A stretch of DNA of 51,210 nucleotides, the filler included, from Trypethelium eluteriae (lineage: Eukaryota), in assembly GCA_051942245.1 (NCBI GenBank). It is 2 parts of 2 records of this genome, joined end to end, with 100 filler letters (N's around TTAATTAATTAA, not from the genome) between each part and the next. Parts side by side here need not be neighbours in the genome. Positions count along the whole stretch, not along the records: positions 25,664 to 51,210 come from JAVECL010000369.1; 1 more part is not named here. One strand, given 5' to 3'. The number at the start of each line of letters is the position of its first letter. Position 1 is the first letter of the stretch. The notes under the pieces were generated by a model. The model saw only the letters and a program-made list of their open reading frames with translations. It had not been told where the DNA came from and searched no databases. Position numbers and translations under genes: made by a program. This document shows, piece by piece, positions 38,205-49,600 of this stretch.

Positions 38205-41200
38205 AGTTCAGCCTGCAGGGGCTGATAGTTTCAACGCGTTCACTTTGGTGAAGCTCGGTAAATGATATGTTGCCTACTAGAAGGAGCCGGCTGTCGCGTT
38301 TAATAGAAGATAGCTTAGTATCTGATCAGAAAGATCAGCCTGAAATTTGGGGGCCAGGAGCTCAGCAGAAGGTAAGTTCATGGAAAGGGCTGAATTGGGG
38401 GCGTTGGGCGGCGCAGGTCATTGTTTAAGTGAGGATAGATATGTAGGCGGGACCCCCCCATCAGAATGTAGGTAGAGTACGGAGTAGGACTTACTGTAAG
38501 CTCGGACAGGATTCGGTGCAAAGCTGCGGGGAGCGTTTCGCCAAACAAAGCCCCCGAGGTGTTTGACAGCTACTATTTGTGCTGATGACGGTGACAAGGT
38601 GTCCTCCATACATTACATGGCTTAACCCGAATCTCATTGGGCCTGTGCTTACTTGCGGGCTGAAGGCTCGACTTACCACTGTTCACTAGGCTGAAACGCT
38701 GCTTAACCATAAAGACCAGACCACTGTCCAGCTAGACCAATGCCACAAAAAGTAAATCTTTCATGTTGTGGGTGATAACTGAGCAGATAGACGGCTGGAG
38801 CAAAAGCGACATCATGTCTGCTGACACTGCTCTAGATACGATACTATGGCGAATAGCAGCGTGTAGTCTTGATTAGCGTGCTAGGTGGTTCATTCCTAGT
38901 TATCAATTCTTTGGGCCTTGAGTTCAAAAGAGCTGTCAACTTGATCAAGCCAGCGCAATGTGTGATTTAAAACTCGCTGTATGTACAGCCAGCGATGCCT
39001 ACCTCCATTCAAGGACATCAGGAATCATGGGAGGAGATAGCGTGTTCCAAGACAAGCCATGCCTTTCTTTGAAGCATGGCCAAGGATCTTGCATTTCCTC
39101 GACAGCTTATCGATAGCTTGCGTGAGCATCTCGAAGTTGGCAGGCGTTGAAGCATACGCAAGTCTATGCAGTAGTGTGAGAGGATGGGCTAGCGTACTAG
39201 CTCATGGTTCTGACATGTGGAGGTGCGATCGACCAATCTTCAAAGATGAGTCTCACCACTTTGCTATGAGAAAGTATAAGCGGTAGACCCAGAATCAAAA
39301 GAAGGTGAACCAGTGAATAATCGGACTAGTGCGGTGAGAAATAGAATTTGCTCATGATGACAATCGCCGGTTTCTATCGTACTTCCGAGGCAAGACGATT
39401 ACTGTAAGAGAAGTCCATCGACGTATAGCGCTTCATTTTCGCCAGAGCTGAGAGTGCAGAGAAACTCCTGGAGTTGACATATTCAAGGTGGGGGCTACTC
39501 AGCCATACGTGAAACAGGCTCCCGTTCAGGCCGTCATAAACTAATACTTGTCCAGAATCTATAGGTATTTTCTGTTTTAGTAGCAATGCCCGCTCCGAAC
39601 GAGCGGCCGAGGACTCAGATGATGCCAGTATAATGTGGCTCGCCATTGGCTCTTGAAGCTGCATCGCCAGGTGTGGGACAAGGTCCTGGTGGTCAGTTTT
39701 TAGCCGCAGTGCAGGCGTGGTGACTGAGGTTGCCGCCACCGAAGGAGCGCGGTGGCAGGCAATAATGCTTCCTGCGACGCTTGGACAGTTACTAAGGTGG
39801 TTTTCTGGATTACTCGATCCGGGATAACGGTACCCCGTCAGATCAGCCGGCAGATTTGCAGGGCGTCTTACAGAACCTTTTCGATTCGTGTCTGATCATG
39901 AATGTTCCTTCACAGTGATTTTGCGTGCATCGTCACTCGTCCGAAACGGAGTACTTCTACAAATGTATGAGGGTGGTTGTTGCTTTGCGAATGTCACCGG
40001 AAAACGGTTTGGCAGTGGGGAGCATGTAACGCGCTTTACCCTCCTGCCTGTAAGTGGACAAGCTTCAAAGGAATCTGCACTGCATTATGCTTTCTGAGCT
40101 CCAACAGACAGCATAAGATCCATAAGTAGCATGATAAGGAAGCGGGGTGGGATAAAGCCTTCTCTCGGAATATTCACCGAATTAGGTGTACGAGGCTTGG
40201 ATTGCGCGCTCTCGAACAGTCTTACATGGGGCATAACCAATTTCTGATGGAACCGTTGGATCATTCACAAATCTCGCTTCGCTAAGGGTATCTGGAATGG
40301 TCGATGCCTCATCTAGCACAGATCTAAGCTGTTTCAAAAAAGAAAAAAAAAAGTCATGTTGGCACTGAAGAGATGTGCACACGTTATTTAGAGTACCTTA
40401 CAAAGCATGGAATTCGTATTCGTCGGCATCCTTCGGACTTGCGTAAACGCTTAGTTCATGGACTTGCCTTCTTTGATCGCAGGTTGTTGTCCTGCTGTTG
40501 AGAGAAGCTCAAGGTTGAAATCGAAGCTGGCACTTTGAATATTATAGTGAAGCTTTGACTGAACTAGGGTTTGGAAAGTCTCGGGTAGGTTGGGTCCAAT
40601 ACAGACTTAAGTCATCCGCGAGTTAAAAAGGTTCGGGTAGAAGCGAGCCATGTGCGTGCAGTAACACATTCCTACCTGGGTAGCATCCATGCCCAAACTT
40701 CCGGTGACACCACACTTGGCCTTTCTGAGTCATGTCTCCCGCTAGAGCCAGCGATGGTCTATCTCATTTAGGAGAAGAGTCAGGTCAGTGCAAGCATAGA
40801 TGCATAAGGTATCGAGTGGCTCGAGTTTCCTCTTTTCGTCAATCTCAACGGCAAAAAGCAAACAACCAAACAAAGAGCGGCGACCGCAATGTAGCATCAA
40901 CCAAAATCCGGTGACTAGTGCTTGGGATTGATTTACCGGTCGTTCGTCGAAGACTCGCACCAACCTACCGGTGGGGAAAAACTGGATCTTCGTCCGTCTG
41001 CAAGGAGGATATGTCAAACCCTATAGATATTGAGCACAGCCTTGACATATAGAAGCCCGAGAGTGTGGTGTCTGTCTACATAGAAATCTTGTGCACGAAG
41101 TTTCATTCTTCATCCTGGCTGCGGGCCAAAACATGGCAAAGACCCTGTGAGGTACTCACATAGCTTGCTCTGGGCATGACCTGGTGCTCAAAGGGCATGA

Positions 41201-42162
41201 GTCGATGACGAACAGTTGTAAACAGGAAATCTGGCCTGTGCATCTCTGTAACACGTGTCGACATTTCTACTCAGTAAGCGTGGCCTAGCTGGCTCACTTG
41301 ATCATACCATACTGCGTGTGGTAAACTCCAGGCAGATACAGTACAACGTTGAGAACCAGAGTGAGGGACTTAGAATTGAGACGAGCTAGAGCTTGCAGTG
41401 AAATGAGCGTGGTTGTGAAACACAAAGAGTTTAAAGTGGATGGCGCAGTGGCCCATCAGGGACTTCGCATGCTTCGGAAGCGCTCGGAGCGGAATTTCTA
41501 GGTCGCCGGGCAAGTGTTCAGGTCTGGCCATTCAACCTTTGATAATCTTCTTTGACTGCCGCACCTCTCACTTCACCCTCGCCCTCCATCACGCGTCTTC
41601 GTGGCAGCCGTGTGGTTTCTTTCGTCGGTGAATTCGGTTGCTCTAGTTTTCTGTTCCTCCTACCGGGTCTTCTTGAAGGGTCCAGGTACCTGCGGCGTTC
41701 ACCGAGCTCACGCCTGCCGAAATCTTCCAACCGCAGACGTGCTGCCCCTTCACTGCTACTTCCAGGTTTAGTCATAGAGGTCCCTCCACGGGTTTGGCTG
41801 GCACTAGGGTCTTCCTTTTAAGAGTATGACGTTGATGAGTTTCTGCTAACTTATTCACTCGTCCCGGTTCAATTCACAACTCCGAGTCACTACCTTTGAC
41901 ACTTCAACATACTCCACCTGGGAACTCCTTTGAGGACAGCAGGTACTGCAGGAAGTTTTCAAAGCGGAAGCTAATACCTAAATCTGGTGCATCTCAATAA
42001 CAGTTATTGTGCTATTGCCTAATACGATAGGGTTCTATTTTTGGAAACCTACCTACCGGGCTCACGACGACCTCACCACCTGCTCGACACACATCGATCC
42101 AGACTTTCCAGACTCCACATTCAACGTCACTTATCGTCCCTCGACACACGAAGCCTCTAAAG

Positions 42163-44156
42163 ATGTCGTCTATCAGTCATCTAGCAGGTAACCGGAACAG
42201 TACACCTGAGACAAGCAACTCGAGTCTTCGTCCGCCATCGAGTCGAACAGTTAGTGGTGGTCATCACCTTCGTGCCTCAGCCGACATGGGCTCCTATTCT
42301 GCGGCACCTCAAATCAGGGGGATTAGGCCTTCGTCTGAGGTATATTTTAATCAGAACCAAGGCCAAGGCAATCAAGACGACATGGAGAAGGCAGCGCAAC
42401 AATGGATTGCCGATATAGATCAGTACGAGACGACTTTGGAAGAGATGGCGGCCGCTACACTCGATCAGGACTTCAAAGATGAACTCAGTGCTATTGAACA
42501 GTGGTTTCGTGTCTTGTCTGAGGCAGAAAGAACTGCAGCGCTTTATGCCTTATTACAACAGACCACCCAGGTTCAGATCCGTTTCTTCATTCAAGTCCTT
42601 CAACAGATGGCGAAGAGTCACCCAATGTCGGGTATGCTTTCACCAGCCAACTTTGGGGAGAAAGGTGAGCTTTTTTCAACAGAAGTGGGTAGCATAAGCT
42701 AACAATAAAAGATCCTATGTCACAAAAAATGAGTGATGCCATGAGCAAGCTATCGGTTGAAGGATCACGCAATTCTCTGGGCCTCGGGAGACCTCCTCCA
42801 TCCCCCGGTGCAAAGCGAAATTCCGGGCTTGACGCTTCCACGATCAACTCAATGTTTCCGGATGCTGCAGCTGCCATCGCAAAGCAAAAGGCCGAATTCA
42901 CACAGCACACCGGTACTGCGCCCACCTCCAATCGTAATAGCGCTGCAATTGGCGATCGTACCTCATATCATGCTCCCACCTTGTCTACTTCGGAGAATAC
43001 GAAGAAGGAAAATCATCAGCCACCTCCACCATCTCCCTGGACCTCTCGCGCTGCTGATAATCAGAATGCTAATGCTAGGCCAAAATCATCATCTGGTCAT
43101 CAGCCTATGGGACAATTCACACAGCCTCCTCCTTCCGCTGGCCTTCGCTCGGGTCGGCCGGCTCATTTAAGCAACGATGGGAATGTGCAAAATACTACCT
43201 TGAATGCTGGTGACCCACCAAACAGTGGTGCATCAATACTTTCGCCTTACGCGGGGAGCGGTAATTGGGCGTCGATGGTCAACACCCCTATGGTATCCAA
43301 TTTTAACCAACAACAGCAGCAGCAGCAGCCGCCGCCGCCGCAAAATGTCTCTCAAGCCGACATGGTCGCAAATGCGACTGCCATGAAGCTTGCCGCTCTC
43401 TCAACTGTCAACAACCGTATCCAGCTCGATGATGTGCGCAAATATCGTCGAGCTCGGTCTTCTGAGGGTCAAGGTGGTGGGGGCCAGCAGCCAATATCAT
43501 CGCCGGGCATGCAAGGAACAGGCATACTCATGACTAACGAGCTTGGGCAAATTTTAACGCCCCAGCAAGCCGCTGCGCTTCAAGCTCAGCAGCTCGCAGC
43601 TATGCAGGGACGTCGGTCTCGTCCAAACTCTCCAGGCATCGCCATTCAGGGTGCACCAGGCGTCGGCGGAATGAGTTTCACATCACCGCAGAATAACGGA
43701 TTCCTCTCTGCTTACGACGGTTCTCAACAGATGCTCAACAATCAGCTTGCAACCCTGAACTTGGGTCAGTTCGGGATGGGAATGGGTGCAGGCCATGAGG
43801 GTTATTTGTCAGACCATTCTGAGATGAATCGTGGCCGTTCGCCCCGAGGTCGACGTGGAAGCTCCAAACCGCCTGAGGATCCCACAGATGCTTCGCTCCT
43901 TCAAGATATTCCAAGTTGGCTGCGTAGCTTAAGGCTGCACAAGTACACAGACAATCTCAAGGACTTGCAGTGGACGGAGCTCGTCGAGCTCGACGACGAG
44001 GGATTGGAAAAGCGTGGTGTGAACGCTCTGGGGGCAAGGCGGAAGATGCTCAAGGTAAATTTTTACTTTCACGCCGTGTCATGCTGATCTAACGTTTATG
44101 TCTCTATCCAGGTATTTGAACAAGTCAAGGAAGCGCGTGCGGGAGGCAAGCTCTGA
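42163..44156 (+). CDS. VTS1: Smaug/Vts1 SAM-domain RNA-binding protein, 3 exons
   Basis: [37 protein letters not shown] and [18 protein letters not shown]...[18 protein letters not shown]-rich middle. Confidence 0.93.
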
Positions 44157-44840
44157 TCGCATGCATACTGCATTGGATGTCATTTGCGGACCGCCTATCG
44201 AGATGGATCACTCACGCCGTTCGGGGGGCAGCGACTTCTTGAGTAGAATTCAAGTATCTATGCGTTACACAATGATGCACAGTTCGATCAGTTGTGTCTG
44301 TGGCTTCATTCGGAGCGAAAGGATGTATAGTACAAGGATTTCGGGTAAAGGCCTTTCATCGGTAATTACATGGCATCCAACACTGGTGATTGATGCCTTT
44401 CGATTGCCGTCATGTCTTTTGTATTTATTGACGGGTGGTAGCCATCTTTGGCATGTATTATGGTGGTGGTGGTGCATTGGCGAATTCCCAGCTTGATGAA
44501 TGGAAATTGACTCGATTATCGTGTCTCAAAAGACGGGGCACTTCCCATTGTGGTCTTATTAAACCTTTGTCCATGATCATTACAATGATGGCTTTGTTCA
44601 CAAGTTTCGCATTGTTTTGTTACCCCTAGGGACACACTACTTCTTCTCCCCGTCGCCAATGCCTAGTCAGCTGTGAAGAGCCTTCTCGTACTTTAAACTG
44701 ACCAATCTTCAATCACTACAATCCTCTTTCCCGTATTCAAATTACGTTGATCGTCATTCATTTGCTGGACGGGAATTTCAACTTCGCAAACTCTTCTAAG
44801 TCTTTGTCAAGAATCCCACCGCGTGCTCAATTCTGACATA

Positions 44841-45869
44841 ATGACCGGTACAGTTTCAAGCATAGCCAAACTCTCAGTGCTGGCCACTTTCTTCCTGTTG
44901 CAACTCAGTTCGGCGAGCTATGTCTTGAAGGAGGATTTCCTCGCAAATCCATCCAGTTCCTTCGACGCCTTCAATTTCTTCACTGGACAGGACCCTACGG
45001 CCGGTGCGGTTGCATATTCATCTATGCAGGAAGCTACACAAGCACAGCTTCTTGGGTACAACCATGGAAGCGTCATGTTCGCTGTTGACTCGGGCACCCG
45101 ACTCGACGTTTCTAGCACGGAAGGGCGCAAATCCGTTAGGCTCGAGGGAAAGACAAACTATAATCATGGCCTTCTCATAGCGGATGTCGCTCACATGCCT
45201 ACTGGCTGTGGCACGTGGCCTGCTTTCTGGCTTCTTGGAGCTGGGAATTCATGGCCTTCCACTGGGGAGATCGATATCATCGAAGGCATTCACAACCAGG
45301 CGTCCAATCAAATGACATTGCACACAGCACCTGGCTGTGCAGTTCAGAATGTGACTACTCAGAAAGCCTACACGGGCACTTTGCAAACGGCTAACTGCGA
45401 CGTCAATGCTCCGAATCAAGACAAGAATGCCGGCTGCGCGGTTGCAGCCCCTCAAAACCCTGTCGGTACGGCGAGTTTTGGGGCAAACTTCAACACTCAG
45501 CGGGGTGGTGTCTTCGCTACTGAGTGGACATCCAGTGGCATCTCGATCTGGTTCTTCCCACGGAACGCCATCCCACAAGATCTCACCTCCAATACGAGCA
45601 CACCCAATCCTCAGGGCTGGCGGCAAGCACCTCTTGCTCAGTTCTCCGGGTCCGAGTGCACCTGGGATGCACACTTCCAGAACATGCGGCCGATCATCAA
45701 TACCGACCTCTGCGGAGCATGGGCTGGAGCGGACAATGTCTGGGAGAGCAGTGGCTGTAAGGCGGAGACTCAGACGGACAAGTGCGAGGACTGGGTTAAA
45801 ATGCACCCGGGCAACTTCACTGAAGCGTACTGGGTCTTTAAGGGAATGCGCATGTACCAGAGTGATTGA
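44841..45869 (+). CDS. Secreted GH16 endo-1,3(4)-beta-glucanase, single exon
   Basis: Signal peptide, DPT.G, GRKSVRL, HMPTGCGTWPAFW, WP..GEIDIIEG (ExDxxE catalytic motif), GGVFATEW, DLCGAWAG. Confidence 0.92.
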   Translation: MTGTVSSIAKLSVLATFFLLQLSSASYVLKEDFLANPSSSFDAFNFFTGQDPTAGAVAYSSMQEATQAQLLGYNHGSVMFAVDSGTRLDVSSTEGRKSVRLEGKTNYNHGLLIADVAHMPTGCGTWPAFWLLGAGNSWPSTGEIDIIEGIHNQASNQMTLHTAPGCAVQNVTTQKAYTGTLQTANCDVNAPNQDKNAGCAVAAPQNPVGTASFGANFNTQRGGVFATEWTSSGISIWFFPRNAIPQDLTSNTSTPNPQGWRQAPLAQFSGSECTWDAHFQNMRPIINTDLCGAWAGADNVWESSGCKAETQTDKCEDWVKMHPGNFTEAYWVFKGMRMYQSD

Positions 45870-46640
45870 GCACAAGAAGCTTGCATTGCCTTTTAAATCT
45901 TGTCGATACCTTAGATAAGGAGGTAGCTTGGCGCAACCGAGGAGCACTGGTGTTCTGCAGCTGGCTATGTTCTCCGATTTATGTATAAGAAAACCTCACA
46001 CCTGTAATTGTGTAATGACACGGCTTGTTATCATCGGGTACAATAGCTTTATAATACTAGTATGAACAATTACTCTTCTCTTCAAGATCATGACGATTTA
46101 CAGGAAGCTTGATGTCAGTTTTTAACAAGAACTTTCTTCGTCTCCCACCTGTACACACGATGACCTTCTCTGTCAAGAAGTGAACAAGGTGTGGTCGAGA
46201 CCTTACTAGAGTGTGAGATAATCATTTGCGTGAGGTGCGTTGAAGCTGGATGCTCTTGCTTCGGAGCTCCAAGGTCGGGAAAACTAGGATTGCATTGGAG
46301 AGCTTTTCAAGACGGAAGAAAAGTGAAGCTGGGGTTGCGGGGCAGGGGTTGCCTGCGGTGACGGAACGCGCCCAAACGCCATCACACATGTGAACTTTAA
46401 TCGTGCCCAATCCCCAGGGGATCCTACGTGCCGTACTTCTAGAATTTTATCTTTTGTTTTAAATGTATATGTCGACACCTTTCGATCTACAACAACGGAC
46501 CGTCTGTAACCCGTTCTTCGCTAGTTCGACACGCGCCCATTCGCGCCACGCTTTCAGATGCGTTCCGATTGACTCGACGTCAAAACGTCAGACATTTCCG
46601 CTTCCACGGCGATACGTACTTGAATTGGGAAGCAGTACAT

Positions 46641-49600
46641 ATGGCATCGAGTGACGCGCCTGAGTCGGCGTCGTCTTCAGGGGAGCAGCCAGGCGACGAA
46701 CACCACGAGCACGAATCCACCGCGACTACTGAACCACAAGATATTCGTACATTTGAGCAGGCCGACTCGGACCTGCCTCCGCTTCCGGTGGACGAGCAAA
46801 GCTTCTTGAAGAGCGAGAGTTCAATGCAGGGACAGAGTGAAGTAATGGGGGAGCAGACAGATCCGGCAGGTTCTACAACAATAGACGAGCGAGAAATGAA
46901 CAGACACTTGATGGACGTCGAATCAAGCTTCCTACCAGAGGCATCGCCGCCGGCGCAATCAGGTGCACAGAAGGGAATGGATGATACTTATGTGTTCGGT
47001 AGCGACTCGAAGAACGATGCGCAAACCGATTCAGACCAAGTGGAAGCCACAGACGTTGCATCGAAACAGGCGAGCGAGGAAACTTTTGGTACTCGATTAT
47101 TGCCGGGACAATCGGAAACAGAGCATATCAAGACTCCAGCGTCACCTCCAACACCAGTCGGCGCCTACAAGACCCCTGCTCAAGGTCTCTCAGGTCCGCA
47201 CCCACAAGCGGTCGGTGGAGACGACTCTATTGAAGATACCTCAGAACTAAGCCCTGCAACATCATCTCCAGCGGCAGCGGCAGCCAAGCGAACACACAAT
47301 AGATCTGCGACTGACGCAGTGACTGCTGGCGAGGTACGAACGGATGAGAGTCAAGACAGTGGCATGGAAAGGCCTTCTGCAAGCGAAAATGCAAGAACAA
47401 TTGACGGGCAAGATACACCGATTGCAGAGGGCGATGTCTCTCTTGCAGATGATCGGCCGAATACCCAGGAATCAGAACGCGATTCTTTGGCGCCTCTTGC
47501 CGAAGCCACTAGTAACAATACACTCTCCTCAAGATTGCTCAAACGGCCGAGTTATCTGAGAAATCGACAGTCGAGTCAGCGTTCTTCCACGTCCTCCTTC
47601 ACCAACAGATCAGACGGGGATCTCTTGAGCGATGGGACGTTGAGTACCGACTATGCTCTGCAGACTGGTGGAGCTTTGTCCACTGAAAGTCCTTTCACTA
47701 GCAAATCACGCATAGGATTGTCACGATTGCCCAGTCTGGGCAGCATTGCGTCTACTGCCTCCGGATTTAGCGATGCGACACCTACCTACGAGCGACCCCG
47801 GGCTTTCGGCACTAACGGCCTCTTTCCAAATCTCAACGATTCAAGGGATCTAGACCGCTTGGATGAGGAAAGAGCGCATTCAGAGTCGGCTCCTACTACA
47901 CCTCGACAAGGACAGTTCAGTTCTAACGCCCCTACGGAGACGGTAATTGCACAACATGTACAAAATATTCAGGTCCCAGATACAATAGCCCAGGCATACC
48001 GAGCAAAGCATAGGTCTCTTTCACCTGAAAAGAGACCAGCCTCGTCTGGCATGGCGTCAACCCTGCAAAGTCGTAGTAGGAGTCATTTGACACTAAAGGA
48101 GCAGAATAGCAGGATCGACAAGCTCAGCAAAGAGAATTTCGACCTTAAATTGAAGATACATTTCCTCGATCAAGCGCTTCAAAATCGTTCAGATGAAGGC
48201 ATCAAAGAAATGATATCTAAGAACGTTCAATACCAGACAGATCTCGCCAACGAGAAGAAAGAGAATCAGTCTCTACGGAGAAAGGTCCGAGATTTGGAAC
48301 GAAAGTTGAAAGTGCAAGAAGATGGCCTTGAAGAAGCTAGAAAACAGAGTGCTGGATCCCCAGACGATCTAAGTGCGGACCTGTCCCAACAAGCAGAGAT
48401 GGAAGAGGAGATCGCTTTTCTGCGGGAACAGCTTGAGTATTCTGAGACGCACGTCGAAAGACTTACCGAGGAAAAGATGAGCAAAGAAGTTGAAAACCGT
48501 CGACTTGCGGAATACGTTCGTACTGTGGGTGACAGGAAGACCTCAGAGCCCAGCAATGGGGATGAAGAAACTATAGAGATGTGGAAAGACCTGCTCCAGG
48601 CTGAAACCGCACGACGGGAGCAAGCTGACGAAGACGCCCAACGATGTCGGGAAGAGCTCGCGCAATTGAAAGACCAGGTTGCCTCACAATCAGCGGCGAA
48701 TCATACGAAGCACCCATTCCTCAGTAGGCGGCACCAGCATCTTTCATACGCACTATCACAATCCGGCGACTCCGATACGAATAGCATTCAGAACGGAGGA
48801 GCGGTAACCAGTGCAAGTAGTACGCTCGTGGAACAACTGAAACATGAAAACGCTGAGCTTCGACGCGACCTTGGTGCGCAAACCTCAATGCTCACGTCTC
48901 GCAATCGTGAACGCGAGCGATTGCAGCAGGAAATCGAGGATCTCAAGCTCGTCCAGAGGCGTGGCGACGGTGTGAAGTCTATCGCTGGTGATAGCATTTT
49001 CGAGCGCTCTGTGTCTCGAGCCAACCAGCGGCCGGCCTCCGTCGTGAGTGGCAATACACGGGTCAGCCAACTCAGTGACGCCGAGCGCGAAGAATACGAT
49101 CGAAGACAAAACGCATTGCGTGACGAGTTGGCAGAACAGAAATTGCTCAATCAAGACCTCGAACGAGAACTGAATGTTCATCTCGATGAAATCTCTCAGA
49201 TGGAGGAGAAAGTGCGTGCTCTCGAAGAAGACATGCAGTCGGCAACGGAAGATTTACAGGCTCTGCAAACCGAGCGGGATGAGGTGCTCGTAGCGCTACA
49301 AGATAAGGAGGCGGAATGCGATGAATTGGAAAAGGAGGCTGTGGGCACAATCGACCAGTTAGAAGCCGATCTGAGGCAAAGACAAAGAGAACTTGAGAAG
49401 ACTGCGTCGGATTTAGCAAATCGAGAAGAGGATTTCCAGGCCCTCCAGCGCGAGCTGAAGCAAATGTCTGAATCTGTTATTACACTCGAAGATGATAGAC
49501 AAGCTTCTACTCGGCGCATACAAGTATTAGAACAAGAGTTAGACGATGCTAATCACGAGCTTGAGTCTCAGGATAAACGGCTTAAGGAGTCACGTGAAAA

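Noticed and set aside
40571..40590. GAAAGTCTCGG resembling the RNase MRP/P conserved region I
   Set aside because: No matching second P4 strand found downstream.
35151..42162. Telomerase RNA, snRNA or TPP riboswitch in the long intergenic regions
   Set aside because: No TAACCCTAA template, snRNA signature or TPP aptamer core seen by eye; a covariance search was not possible.
45249..45947. Long antisense and alternate-frame ORFs (also within NOP4, HSP78, LCB1, TMF, apsB)
   Set aside because: Shadows of real CDSs caused by codon bias or high GC; no independent motifs.
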